A stretch of DNA of 64,000 bases, from assembly GCA_965237955.1 (NCBI GenBank), contig OZ250169.1, positions 256,001 to 320,000 on the forward strand, read 5' to 3'. The notes beneath the pieces are model-generated. The model saw only the letters and a program-made list of their open reading frames with translations. It had not been told where the DNA came from and ran no database searches. Made by a program: the position numbers and the translations under genes. This document shows, one piece after another, positions 31,623 to 42,148 of this stretch; position 1 is the stretch's first letter, and each line of letters begins with the position of its first letter. This DNA comes from Candidatus Marinacidobacterales bacterium. GTDB taxonomy: Bacteria > Acidobacteriota > Vicinamibacteria > Marinacidobacterales > SMYC01.

Positions 31623-33014
31623 GTGCCGTCCAGAATGGTGTTCTCGCGCGACGTTCTCAAGCTCGTGGCCAACTTGTTGCTCCTCGACGCTTTCAATCAG
31701 GGGTTGCTAATCGTCATTGCATTCGGGACGATTCTCTATCTCGGCGTCGACTACTTCGGCGTTGTTCAATATTTCACCGCGGTCGGCGCCTTCCCCGGTG
31801 CCTTTTACAACCATTTTACGCTAACGATACGACGGTTCGCGCCCGTGGATGAAACCCGTTTGCAGGCAGAAATTTTCCTTTCCAGTTTGCTGTTCCAGGT
31901 GGCGATCGCGTTCGGCATTGTGTCGCTTGCTTTTTTGGGGTTTTCGATTTTCCCCGCAACGAGGTTTTGGAAAATCGAGCATTCTCTGACGGACCCACAG
32001 ATTGCTTTGAACGTCGCGATTGTGCTGCTCTCTTTGTTGACGTCGGTGCTCGCCAATTCGCTGCGCGCCTTGGTCAACGCGCAACAGAAGATCAGGACTG
32101 CCAAGCTGATGGCGACGTTCGAGACCGTGTTGAACCTCACTTGGTTATTGGCCGCCTTTTTGCTGCTTTCCGACCGCGCCTGGGGATGCGTTTTCGTGCT
32201 CGGCTCTCGCGTGATCTCGCAAGTCTTCGTGGGCGTTCTGTCTTTAGTCTATTTGTCTCATATCTCTGATGTCTGGTCGCAGCTCGCTCGAATCGGGCCG
32301 TATGAATGGATTCCAGTCTGCCGGCGGGTTCACCAGAATTTCAATCGGCGCTATACGCTGCCTCTCCAACTGGCTTCGGTCTTCGCGTTCTTGAAAGAAC
32401 ATCTCGCGGTGATCGTTTTGGGGCAGGCGGCTTCGGTCACGCAGGTGGCGTATTACCAGGTCGTGAACCGTATCTTCGTTATCCCCAAGAAGTTCATTCT
32501 GAGCACGATGCACGCGCTCCTGCCCAAGATCGTCGACGCCATGGAGGCGGACCCCGCGCATTTCAGAAAACAGTTTCGCTTTTTCGCCTGGGTTCAGCTG
32601 GTGTTTTGTGTCGCGGCGGCGTCCGCTATCCTCGCCTTGCAGCGGCCCATCTTCGCGTTGCTCGGAATTGAGCCGACCGCCGAGGTCGCGATGGTGGTGC
32701 TTTTTTTCTCCATCAATCTTTTGTTCAGCGCGTTGTCGCAGTCGAATAGCCTTGGGTTCCATTTCGGGAGCAATACCCGAGCCGTCATGGTCGTTTCTAT
32801 CTTGCAGGCGAGCATTCTCACGGTGCTCACGATGCTGCTCGTCCCGCACGCGCAGGCGGTCGGAGGTGCTATCGCGTTGATGGTCGCCACCGCCTGCAGC
32901 GCCGTCATGCTCGTGATCGCGAACCGCCACGGGGTACTCTGGCAGCCTCGTGACAACCTTCATTACTTATTGACGATGTTACTGGTGGCGACCCTGTGGT
33001 ACGCGGGTATCTAA
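31623..33014 (+). CDS. Wzx-like oligosaccharide flippase (MOP family)
   Basis: 463 aa, roughly 12 hydrophobic segments, VAYYQVVNRIF...LLPKIV pattern; glycan-locus context. Confidence 0.75.
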   Translation: MPSRMVFSRDVLKLVANLLLLDAFNQGLLIVIAFGTILYLGVDYFGVVQYFTAVGAFPGAFYNHFTLTIRRFAPVDETRLQAEIFLSSLLFQVAIAFGIVSLAFLGFSIFPATRFWKIEHSLTDPQIALNVAIVLLSLLTSVLANSLRALVNAQQKIRTAKLMATFETVLNLTWLLAAFLLLSDRAWGCVFVLGSRVISQVFVGVLSLVYLSHISDVWSQLARIGPYEWIPVCRRVHQNFNRRYTLPLQLASVFAFLKEHLAVIVLGQAASVTQVAYYQVVNRIFVIPKKFILSTMHALLPKIVDAMEADPAHFRKQFRFFAWVQLVFCVAAASAILALQRPIFALLGIEPTAEVAMVVLFFSINLLFSALSQSNSLGFHFGSNTRAVMVVSILQASILTVLTMLLVPHAQAVGGAIALMVATACSAVMLVIANRHGVLWQPRDNLHYLLTMLLVATLWYAGI

Positions 33015-33233
33015 CGAATGGCCTGCCTGCCCCGATGCTAGAGCAGATCGTCTTGCATCTCATCCGACAGCATGTGGATGCCACGACCTTCCCGGCCTCG
33101 CTGACCCATGCTCCGACGATGCAAGACCTCGCCTCGGTGCGTCGCTTTTTAGACGGGCTGTGTTCCGGTAGTAATAATGACAGTGCCTCGGCAGTCCCCC
33201 TGCTCCGTCTTATCACTTGATGGCGGAAGCACC

Positions 33234-33628
33234 TGTTTTCGTCTCTAATCTCGATTTCCGAGGGACAAGTTTGCGCCAAATGGGGAGCGGGTGCTGACCG
33301 GGGGCCGTACGGCAGTGGAAAAGAGGCCATCCGAGAGGCCCAGAATCGAGGCCAGGGCTACCGCGACGTAGCCGGCTAGCACATTCCGGTCCAGGTGCGC
33401 TTCGGCCTGCTTGATGCCCCTATCTTGCTCTCGAATTTGGGCCTCAAACAGGGTCCGCCAAGTCTTGAGCGAAGCTTCCTCCCGCAAAGCCGACGATAGC
33501 GTCGTCGGGTCGACCAGCACGAAGCAGCGAAGCATGGCAGGTCTAAATCGCGCAATCAATGCTGGATCGACTTTTTGCGGAGCACACGCGCCGGTCTTGA
33601 GTTCGTTTGTGTTTTTGGACACGACGGG
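33234..33628. repeat. non-coding repeat module copy 1, ending in IS-type termini
   Basis: gtctctaatctcgattt...ggctagcac...ggtccaggtgc shared with 37140-37300 and 49270-49430; ends ttttgcggagcaca and ttttggacacgacg. Confidence 0.75.
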
Positions 33629-33820
33629 AGCGTAAGTCCTTGATTTCGTGGGCGGAGCAGTTTTGACGATGCACAGCTCGGAACGACTTGTGATAAGGTG
33701 CCATTCTAGCGTGGAGACCGTCCTAACTCCTGGCTCGCCCCGAGCCTTCTTGGAGCGGCGGACCCAGTGTAAAACCGTCGACGAGCCCGCGATTACGTGT
33801 CGCTGGGCGGGCGAGCTCGG

Positions 33821-34480
33821 ATGGCCAACATGAAATCCGCCGACGTCGCGCACTGGGAGGGCTTCTGGCGCGGTCCGGACGCCGGTCTTCAGTGGAAGCA
33901 CTTCGCCGCGTGTGAGCTCGTCGATCGTGAGCCGGTGGTCGACATCGGCTGCGGCGCGGGACACTTTCTCGGCTTGGCGCGAGACAAGGGCCTCGGATCT
34001 CTCGTCGGGTGCGACATCGCCACGTCGAGCCTCCGTATTCTCAAGGAGAAAGCGTTCACGGCGGTGCGCTGCGATGCCGAGAGGACTCTGCCATTCGCAA
34101 GTGGAAGCTTCGCCACGGCAACCCTCATCGACGTCCTCGAGCATACTTTCTATCCGGCCGAGCTTCTGGCCGAAGCGGCCCGGGTCGCCGAGGACATCGT
34201 CATTGTCGTACCCAACTTCAACTCGGTCATCGCCCGCTGCCAAGTAGTGCTGGGGCGGGTTCCGGAGAACAATACGCCTCGCAAGCAGCACGTCTACTGG
34301 TTCAACCGCGAGACGTTTAGAAGCGTCGTCGCTTCGGTGGGCCTTCACATCGTCGATGAGCGCTTCCACACGTTCAAATATCGGAGTCGCTTTGTGGCGG
34401 CTCCGTTTCGTATGCTCGGTAAAATCAGTCCCTCGTTGTTCTCGTTGGCCTTCGCGGCACGGCTTCGGCGGGCACCATGA
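33821..34480 (+). CDS. SAM-dependent methyltransferase (type 11)
   Basis: VVDIGCGAG, LPFASGSF, DVLEH, VVPNF. Confidence 0.88.
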   Translation: MANMKSADVAHWEGFWRGPDAGLQWKHFAACELVDREPVVDIGCGAGHFLGLARDKGLGSLVGCDIATSSLRILKEKAFTAVRCDAERTLPFASGSFATATLIDVLEHTFYPAELLAEAARVAEDIVIVVPNFNSVIARCQVVLGRVPENNTPRKQHVYWFNRETFRSVVASVGLHIVDERFHTFKYRSRFVAAPFRMLGKISPSLFSLAFAARLRRAP

Positions 34481-34619
34481 TCGAGAAAGTCGAACCGCGA
34501 CGAGGGCTTGCTCGCGAGCTTTCGAAGGGTCACAGCGTGCTGCGGGCGGCGACGACGGTGGCGCTCTCGCGACTGGAGCTGTCAGTCGCGGATGATGTTC
34601 GTCTGCTCGACGACGGTGG

Positions 34620-35065
34620 CTGTGCATCGTCAAAACTGCTCCGCCCACGAAATCAAGGACTTACGCTCCGCTTGAATTCCGGGCCGAAGACGGCGAAACT
34701 CGGCCACTATGCTCGACGTTGTTGTCTTCCTCGTCTCACTTGGCGTCCGTGCCATTCGGGCGATGTGTCGGCGCCGCGCCGACCTGGTGTTGGAGAACGT
34801 CGCTTTGCGGCAGCAAGTGACGGCGCTGAAGAAAGAGCGCCCACGCCCACCGCTCGACGACACGGAACGGGCTTTCTGGGTTGCCCTTCGAGGTTCGTGG
34901 CCCGTGTGGGCGAGCCGCCTGCTCATCGTCCACGCGGACACCGTGGCCCGTTGGCATCGCGACCGATTCCGACGGTACTGGGCAAAGATCTCGCAGCGCC
35001 GCCATCCCGGTCGACCTCGGATTGATGCCGAGATTCGTCGCGTCGTCCGCACGATGGCGCAAGAC
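34620..35065 (+). mobile_element. integrase-core IS 5' part, truncated by IS6
   Basis: End ctgtgcatcgtcaaaact; ORF 34709 RADLVLENVALRQQV is near-identical to the N-terminus of 43774-44823. Confidence 0.85.
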
Positions 35066-36002
35066 GGTACTTTCGAGTGAACGAACGATTTCGGTCACTC
35101 CCCGATGACCTCCGCCCGCACGGGCGGTGCCATTGCTGTCAAGTTGGGCCTCTAACTGACAGAATGAGCCAATGAACAGCAAGTCGCCGAGCTACCGCGG
35201 ATATCGATTTCCACCGGAGATCATCAGCCACGCCGTTTGGCTCTACCATCGCTTTTGTTTGAGCTTTCGAGATGTAGAGGACCTCCTTGCCCAGCGCGGG
35301 ATCACCGTCTCGTATGAAGCGATCCGACTTTGGTGCATCAAGCTTGGTCCAGAATACGCTCGCGGGCTGAAGCGACGGCAAGGTCGCCTCGGCGATACGT
35401 GGCACCTGGACGAGGTGTTTGTAACCATCCAGGGTCAACGGCAGTATCTCTGGCGTGCGGTGGACCAAGATGGCGACGTCATCGATATCCTCGTCCAGCC
35501 TCGACGCGATCGGCGAGCCGCTAAACGCTTCTTTCGTAAGCTGCTGAAGGGGCAGGGCCGGCCACCCTGGCGGCTCGTCACCGACAAGCTGAGAAGCTAC
35601 AGCGCCGTTCACCGCGAGGTCATGCCATCCGTCGTCCACTGCACCGACCAGTACCAAAACAATAGAGCCGAGGTCTCGCACGAGCCGACGCGGCAACGTG
35701 AACGGCAAATGCGACGGTTCAAATCTCCGGGTCAAGCCCAGCGATTCTTATCCGTTCATGGACTTGTCCAAAACCTCTTCCGCGTCGGACGACACCTGTT
35801 GCAAACGCGTCATCACCGACAGCTTCGAGGTCGCGCGTTCCTCGCTTGGGACGCAGTAACGTGGGCGGCATGACTCGAACGGAGATGTCATGCCGACGGC
35901 ACCGGCTTGCTCTCGCAACGTCAACTTGACAGCAATGGCACCGCCCGTGCGGGCGGAGGTCATCGGGGAGTGACCGAAATCGTTCGTTCACTCGAAAGTA
36001 CC
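35066..36002 (+). mobile_element. IS6-family element with perfect 81-bp terminal inverted repeats
   Basis: 35066-35146 is the reverse complement of 35922-36002; encloses an intact transposase. Confidence 0.9.
35172..35873 (+). CDS. IS6-family transposase
   Basis: 233 aa; YRFPPEIISHAVWLY, WHLDEVFV, VTDKLRSY, NNRAEVSH. Confidence 0.95.
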   Translation: MNSKSPSYRGYRFPPEIISHAVWLYHRFCLSFRDVEDLLAQRGITVSYEAIRLWCIKLGPEYARGLKRRQGRLGDTWHLDEVFVTIQGQRQYLWRAVDQDGDVIDILVQPRRDRRAAKRFFRKLLKGQGRPPWRLVTDKLRSYSAVHREVMPSVVHCTDQYQNNRAEVSHEPTRQRERQMRRFKSPGQAQRFLSVHGLVQNLFRVGRHLLQTRHHRQLRGRAFLAWDAVTWAA

Positions 36003-36035
36003 CCTCGCGAGAGCGTCGAGATGGAGTGTGGGTAG

Positions 36036-36689
36036 ATGTGCGCAGCAAGAACCGAGCCAGAAAACGACGGCAAACGTTTTTTCTCCAGAAGCTATCTCTC
36101 CGAGTACCGGTGGTCCAGCTACTGGCATCAGATCGAATGCGTGCTCAAGAACGTCCGCGAAGGAGGCGTCTTGGAGATCGGCGTCGGCAACGGCACCGTC
36201 TCGAATTTGCTCAAGACGCAGTGCACCGTCACAACCTTTGACGTGAACCCCGATTTGTCTCCGGATATTATCGGTGATGTCCGAGACGCCCACGCGCTCC
36301 TCGGGGAGCTGCAATTCGAGGTCATTCTCTGCGCCGAGGTCCTGGAGCATCTTCCGTTCGACGATTTTGTACCGACGTTGGGACAGCTATTGAGGCACGC
36401 ACGCAACGCCCTGGTCTTAGGCCTTCCTCACTCCGGCCCCAGCCTGTCTTTTTGGCTGAAGCTCCCTCTCCTGCCTTCGTTCAGTCGGGGTTTCAAATTT
36501 CCTCTGCCTATTCGGCACCCGCCGGGAGGGGTACATTACTGGGAGATTGGAAAACGCGGCTACTCCTTGCGACAGATCCGACAAGCCATTCGCGAAGTGG
36601 GATCGATCGCAGAGACCTACGTCGTTCCCGGATCGCCGCATCATCGAATGTTCGTGCTGGACGGGCATGAGCGGGTGCTGTCAAGTTGA
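36036..36689 (+). CDS. SAM-dependent methyltransferase; last codons supplied by an IS6 end
   Basis: RWSSYWHQI, VLEIGVGNG, CAEVLEHLPF, HYWEIGKRGY; ggtgctgtcaagttga at 36674-36689. Confidence 0.85.
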   Translation: MCAARTEPENDGKRFFSRSYLSEYRWSSYWHQIECVLKNVREGGVLEIGVGNGTVSNLLKTQCTVTTFDVNPDLSPDIIGDVRDAHALLGELQFEVILCAEVLEHLPFDDFVPTLGQLLRHARNALVLGLPHSGPSLSFWLKLPLLPSFSRGFKFPLPIRHPPGGVHYWEIGKRGYSLRQIRQAIREVGSIAETYVVPGSPHHRMFVLDGHERVLSS

Positions 36690-36745
36690 GGCATTCAGGG
36701 CCGATCCGACCCCAAGATGTTGGCAACGCGGTGCGCTCAAGCCCG

Positions 36746-36856
36746 GTAGGGTCGAGGGCTGGCGCGGTGCTCCGTAGGCGCGGCCTATCTGTTTCTCCCC
36801 GTTTCCTGTGGGAGTGCCTCACTAGCCGCACCATAAGTCCGTTTCCAGCCTCCCGC
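36746..36856 (-). ncRNA. group II intron 3' remnant (domain VI region)
   Basis: Minus strand gggaggctggaaacgg...gtgaggcac...agataggccgcgcctac...accgcgccagccctcgaccctac. Confidence 0.6.
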
Positions 36857-36959
36857 GAAGGGTTATGCGGCCTATCGAGCCGGGGCGTCTTTCGGCTTTT
36901 TGCTAAGACAAGCCCAGCGGAATAATGCCACTTTTTCTGATTTTTGGCCTACCAATGCC

Positions 36960-37498
36960 CCGTTTTTACGGAATCCAGTGGAGACCGGATAGCCCCCGAC
37001 TTCACCATCCGCCACCCAGTCTGGCCAATTGTGGCACTGCAGAGACGCGTGAGATTTTCCGCGCGGTTGGCGGGGTTTTGCAGGATCAGGTGTCACCAGA
37101 GACGCGCTAGAAGGGCTGGACATGCCTCATTTTCGATTTTTGTCTCTAATCCCGATTTTCGAGTGCCACGTTTGCGCCCAATAGGAGAACGGGCGCTGAC
37201 CGGGCCGTGCGGCGGCGGAAAAGAGGCTACCCGAGGGGTCCAGAGTCGAGGCCAGGGCTGCCACAGCGCAGCGGGCTAGCACGTTCTGGTCCAGGTACGG
37301 CCCGGACCTGGATCCAGGTCTCCGCCTGAGAGCGTGGTATCCCGTTGCTGGACGGTGTTTTCCCTGCGCGTACGGGGAAACCCGAATCCCCGACATCGCC
37401 TCCGACACGCCCCAGATCTGGGGCTCGCCACGGGGCGATGACGATCGAAACGGCCCGGCGCCAGTCTTGAGTTCGTTTGTGTTTTTGGACAGGACGCG
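36960..37498. repeat. non-coding repeat module copy 2
   Basis: Long alignment with 49100-49560 (gacttcaccatccgccacccagtctggccaattgtggcactgcagagacg...); ends ttttggacaggacg. Confidence 0.8.
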
Positions 37499-37812
37499 AT
37501 CAGCTCGCCGAGGCGGGTATTGAGCCGTCCGTTGGCAGCCGAGGCGACTCTTACGATAACGCTTTGGCTGAATCCATCATCGGCCTCTACAAGACCGAGG
37601 TGACCCGTCGACGCGGGCCCTGGGGTGGTCTCGAAGATGTCGAGTGCGCCACCCTCGAGTGGGTGCATTGGTACAACACGTAACGACTCTTGGAGCCGAT
37701 CGGAAATGTCTCCCCCGTCGAGTACGAGATGAACTACTATCGGTCGCAGGAAGGCTCGCTGGAGATGGCGAAACTCAACTAAAACAGTCTCCGGAAAACC
37801 CGGGGCGGTTCA
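37499..37812 (+). mobile_element. IS3-family 3' remnant
   Basis: AGIEPSVGSRGDSYDNALAESIIGLYKTE with an internal stop; right IR gtctccggaaaacccggggcggttca. Confidence 0.85.
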
Positions 37813-38089
37813 CCTTGGGTGAACGGTGTATTGGTGGCTCGCTTCTCAATTTTCGAGGCCGCATGAAGGCCCCGTCGACTAAACCACAGGCCTGCTGTGC
37901 GGGCAGCAATTGCAGCTTGCGCTGTTTACTGTTGGTGATGTGTACGCATCCCTTTGCAAAAAAGGCGCTTACGCTCCATTTAGCGCGCAGCGAAGGTCAC
38001 GAACGCTATTTTGGCTGTAATTTAATGCACCGTAAAGTCTTAGCGTCATCTCACCAACACTTGATGGCGGAAGCACCACCGGTGGTAAG

Positions 38090-40194
38090 ATGAGTTCGAG
38101 CACGAGCTTGCTCCGTCGCCCGGGAGAGAAAGAGCGTAGGCGTTTTCGATTGACTAACAGATACAGCCAAGCCAATCGACTAGAACGCTGGCTTGAAGCG
38201 CGTCCGCGCGTGGCCTGGTACACCGCGGTCTTCTTGATTGTCATAGCTGCCCTCACTCTGCGAGTGGCGGGAGTCGGCTTTGCATTGCCGTACTTCGTTA
38301 ACCCCGATGAGCCGAGGCGCTACGCATTCACATTGGCTCTCCAAAAAGACGGCTCGTTCGGTGAAACTCGGGGGGGGGGGTACCCGCCAGGTTTTCTCGC
38401 CCTTTGGATCGTTGAACAGAAACTGATCGACGTGTTAGCCGGGCCGGAAACCCCGGTCGCGACCGACTACCTGGTGGCGCGGGTTGTGAATGCTATTATC
38501 GGCTCAACAGCGGTGCTACTTGCTGCCCTCATAGCACGTTCGCTTGCCGGGCCGGGGCCGGGTCTGATAGCGGCTCTCGTCATAGCAGTCCATCCTTCTT
38601 TTGTCGCGACTTCTAGCCTTGCCTCACTCGACACTCCTTACACGACCGCAGCGCTGCTCAGCCTATGGCTCATGCTCATTGCACGAAATCCAATCCGCTT
38701 CGGATTGATCCAACTCAGCCTCCTAGCCGCACTCGCATCGTTTCTGACTAAGTATCAAGCCCTTCCTCTGGTGGGCTTGCCCTTTCTCGTGATGTTTTTT
38801 TCGGCCGAAGCACTCCTCGATTCGTCAGACACTTGACTGCCGCGGCTATTCTCACAGCGGGCGTCGCGCTTTGGCTTCATTTCATCTACGACATCTATCA
38901 AATCCACGACGGGCCGTACCCGGCCACCACCAGTCTTCTGACGAAAGGCCCTCTGCCCATTCCGATCTCGCTTAGCGAAGGTGTAACTCGATTACTCGTG
39001 GGGCTCGAACCTCCTTATTTACTCGTTACCGTGCTCTTTGGCCTGCTGGCCGCTTCCATCCGGCCTCTGGAAAGAGGCCGGATGGACTGGATCGGTATCG
39101 GCCTGATCGGGCTGTTCGTCGCTTCCTTCACACTCTTAATGTCTCTTTACCGGCAAATGGCATTGAGCTATTGGCAACCGGCGATCGTTTTCCTATGTAT
39201 CCTCTGGGCCGTCGCGGTCGGCTACATCGCGAAACGGCTTTGCCTGATGGGTACCAGGCCACTTCGGACGCTCGGTCTTCCTGAAGGCATTTCAGCCTGG
39301 ACCGCAAGGCTCGTTCCCGGTGCGCTGATTCTATTGCTTCTGTGGCCTCTCGCGGCGCGGAGCATGTCGCAAGCGGAATACCTCGGCCGACCCGATAGCC
39401 GGTCCGCGACGGTCGATTGGTTTCTGGAGAATGTCCCGAGCGGAACACACATCGCGGTCGAGAACAATGCGGTCGAGTTTCTTGTCAACGCCGGCCCCCC
39501 ACGATCCAAGGTCTTTTTCGTGAAAGTTATCGACTCTATCCGAAAGAGATCACTGGAGGGACTCGCGCGCCGAGGTTTTGAGTTCATTGTTGTCGATTCG
39601 CGTAGCGAGAATGGTTTTTTCCACATCAACCGAGGCGAGCGAAAGGCTTTCGAGGCAAAACTTGAGCCGGTCTTAAAGCTTCTCAATGAAGACGGCTACC
39701 AAGGGCCAGATCGCTACATATTTCGACTCCCTAGAGTGGTAAAGAATCCGATGCACATCTTCTTCGGCGAGCCCACTCCGGGACTCCTTGCCTTCAACCG
39801 GCACCAGCTACTACCGCCAGTTATTTTTCGTGGGTTCGATCTAGAAACCAACACCGTGTCGAACGGCGAGTCTCTGGACCTGTCACTGTATTGGGACGCT
39901 CAGAGACAATTGGATGCCAGCGGGTACGACATCGTGCTTCGGCTGAGGGAGCCGGGCGGGACAACCGCTCTGGAACAGACGAAGCCTTTGGATAAGAAGC
40001 TCTCAGTGTGGAGACCCGGGACATTCTTCGCGCATAAGCGCTCTCTTTACGTTCCGCGTTCCGTCGATAAAAGTGAGTACACGCTAACGATGGGGCTCGA
40101 TGACAGAGCGACGAAGGCTGCTCTACCCGCGTTTAGCTCCAATGGTCGCCCCCTGGAAGGAGAGATCCAGCTCGGCTCCATCACGATAAACTGA
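38090..40194 (+). pseudogene. ArnT/PMT-like GT-C glycosyltransferase split into two ORFs (38090-38836, 38833-40194)
   Basis: NPDEPRR, GYPP, ARVVNAIIG, LTKY in part 1; DSRSATVDWF and soluble LSLYW...WRPG domain in part 2; probable frameshift near 38800. Confidence 0.7.
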
Positions 40195-40797
40195 TCGAGT
40201 ACTCAAATCCACATTGGAGATGCCGTCGAAAGAACGTGCAGTAAGAAAAGGGGAGGTCGGCGAACCCCCTGGCAGCACCTGGACCAGAACGTGCTAGGCT
40301 GCTACGCCCCGGCCTCGATTCTGGGCCTCTGGGGTGTCATCAAATCGCCACGCAGCTCCGTGCAGCGCTCTGCGTTCGACCTTGATGATGCGATCGTTCC
40401 TGCGCGTCTTGAGGACCTGGCCGTAGAAAATACAGATGGTTACCACGTGAAAAAACGGCCCAATCAGCCTCAAAATGGCCCCAATTCCCTGTTATTCATG
40501 GTTGCCAAGCCGAGACCGGAAGACGCGTTAAGTCTTAGCGTCATCTCACCAACACTTAATGGCGGAAGCACCGGCCGCGCCGTCTTCGTTCTTGCCTGGG
40601 TCTCCGCCCGGGGCAGTCACGGAGGCCGCGTCTCGACCGTCGCGAGGGAGCACGCGAAAGCTGAGTCATAATGACGGCCGAGCAAATGGGGCCCTTCTCG
40701 ATCTGCTTCCTCAGCAGCGTTCAGTACGCGCAACCGCTCGACCCCAACGAGCGCAAAGAAGTTCCGGGCCCTGAGTGAGTTTGACCTCTGTCCACCG

Positions 40798-42087
40798 TTA
40801 ATAATTGACGACACGTTCTTCCGGGACAGAGCGTCGGAATCGATTGAACAGAGTCCGCACTCCCTCTGCCGCAAGGACCGCGATGCACACGGTTGTCGAA
40901 GTCCGCATCCTGGTGTCCATCCCGGATGTTTGCGACGCCATCGTTGCTAGAGTGACATAGCCGATGATGGTCAGTGTGATAAGAAAGCTAGGCCAGTCCT
41001 TCCGCTTCCATATGACGCCAAGCCCAATGCCGGCAAGCGCATACAACGAGAGATTGTAAATTAGCTCCAGCAAGGATGGCGCACCGTAAAGTGTACTGAA
41101 GCCATACATGTAAAAGAGCCCAACTGGAATCAAAGCGATGTACCAAAAGGGATGCTCGAGGAAAACTGATATCGCGATGCGACGCATCGCTCTGACGCGT
41201 CGACCGTCCTCAGGTGCAAAGTTCCGCCAGAAGTTTGACACTTCGAGCTCCTCCTGCGGACTGCCCAATCGCTCTTCCAGTTCCAACATAAACTGACGGC
41301 GAACGACATCGGGGGACACGCCCCCCCGTGCCCAGCGCTCCACGCTCGCGGCACGGTAGAAAAGCATGTTGAAGGTACTTACGGTGGTATAGGTGAATTC
41401 GCCAATAAAGGATAGATTCCGGCCGCTCCATACAAGCACACAGATGAGAGGGAGAATCGCGAAGGCGCTGTACATCCGCCAGCGTAGCCGGACCAAAGAA
41501 CAGAAGATGGGAAAGCAAAACAGGAACAGATAAATTGTCGTCGGCCTAGCGAGCACGGACAATCCCAGCCAAAGTCCAGCAAGACTGGCATCTGACAATC
41601 GCTGGAGCTTGACGCTACGCGCCAACCAAAGCACTGACAGGGCGATAAACAAGTTTGCGAGAGACTCGGCTAGCACGTTAATGTTGTGCGCCGTAGAGGC
41701 AGGGTCGATCGCGACCAGGGCCCCCGCGACAACGCTGAAGGGAGTGTTGTGTATCAATCTCAGACCAACCAGGTAGGCAAGAGCGGCGGTGGCCGAGCCG
41801 AGCAGCGTGTTCGCGACGGCGACCGCTAGATGCGATTCACCGAAGATCCCATACAGTCCCGCGACGAGAAGCGGCATAAGCGGCGGCCGCGCCGCGAACA
41901 GATGGCTCGACCAGCCTGATCCACGCAGCAAATCCAACGCCAGGCTGTGATACGTATCGTCGGAAGAGAGCTCGAAAGGAGAGAGCTCTCGGGAAAGAGC
42001 AAAATAATAGAGACACCCGATACGCAAGGTGAGAGCACAGGTAAAAATGCCCCCAAGAATCATCCAGTCTTGTCTTCGGAGCGCCAC
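40798..42087 (-). CDS. PMT/ArnT-like GT-C membrane glycosyltransferase
   Basis: DDTYHSLA, RPPLMPLL, LAESL, LARPT, WSGRN; multiple TM segments. Confidence 0.75.
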   Translation of the reverse strand: MALRRQDWMILGGIFTCALTLRIGCLYYFALSRELSPFELSSDDTYHSLALDLLRGSGWSSHLFAARPPLMPLLVAGLYGIFGESHLAVAVANTLLGSATAALAYLVGLRLIHNTPFSVVAGALVAIDPASTAHNINVLAESLANLFIALSVLWLARSVKLQRLSDASLAGLWLGLSVLARPTTIYLFLFCFPIFCSLVRLRWRMYSAFAILPLICVLVWSGRNLSFIGEFTYTTVSTFNMLFYRAASVERWARGGVSPDVVRRQFMLELEERLGSPQEELEVSNFWRNFAPEDGRRVRAMRRIAISVFLEHPFWYIALIPVGLFYMYGFSTLYGAPSLLELIYNLSLYALAGIGLGVIWKRKDWPSFLITLTIIGYVTLATMASQTSGMDTRMRTSTTVCIAVLAAEGVRTLFNRFRRSVPEERVVNY

Positions 42088-42148
42088 GCCGCGAATCTCT
42101 GCCTTGCGGAGACTACCAGAAACATCGTAGATGTTTCTATCTAATACT

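Noticed and set aside
33245-34648. 467-aa minus-strand ORF
   Set aside because: Antisense to a clear methyltransferase and crosses IS ends; a high-GC shadow ORF
36944-37279. ORF shared with 49066-49413 as a conserved small protein
   Set aside because: Differences are mostly non-synonymous with indels, the starts differ, and the third copy lacks the 5' part; better explained as a non-coding repeat
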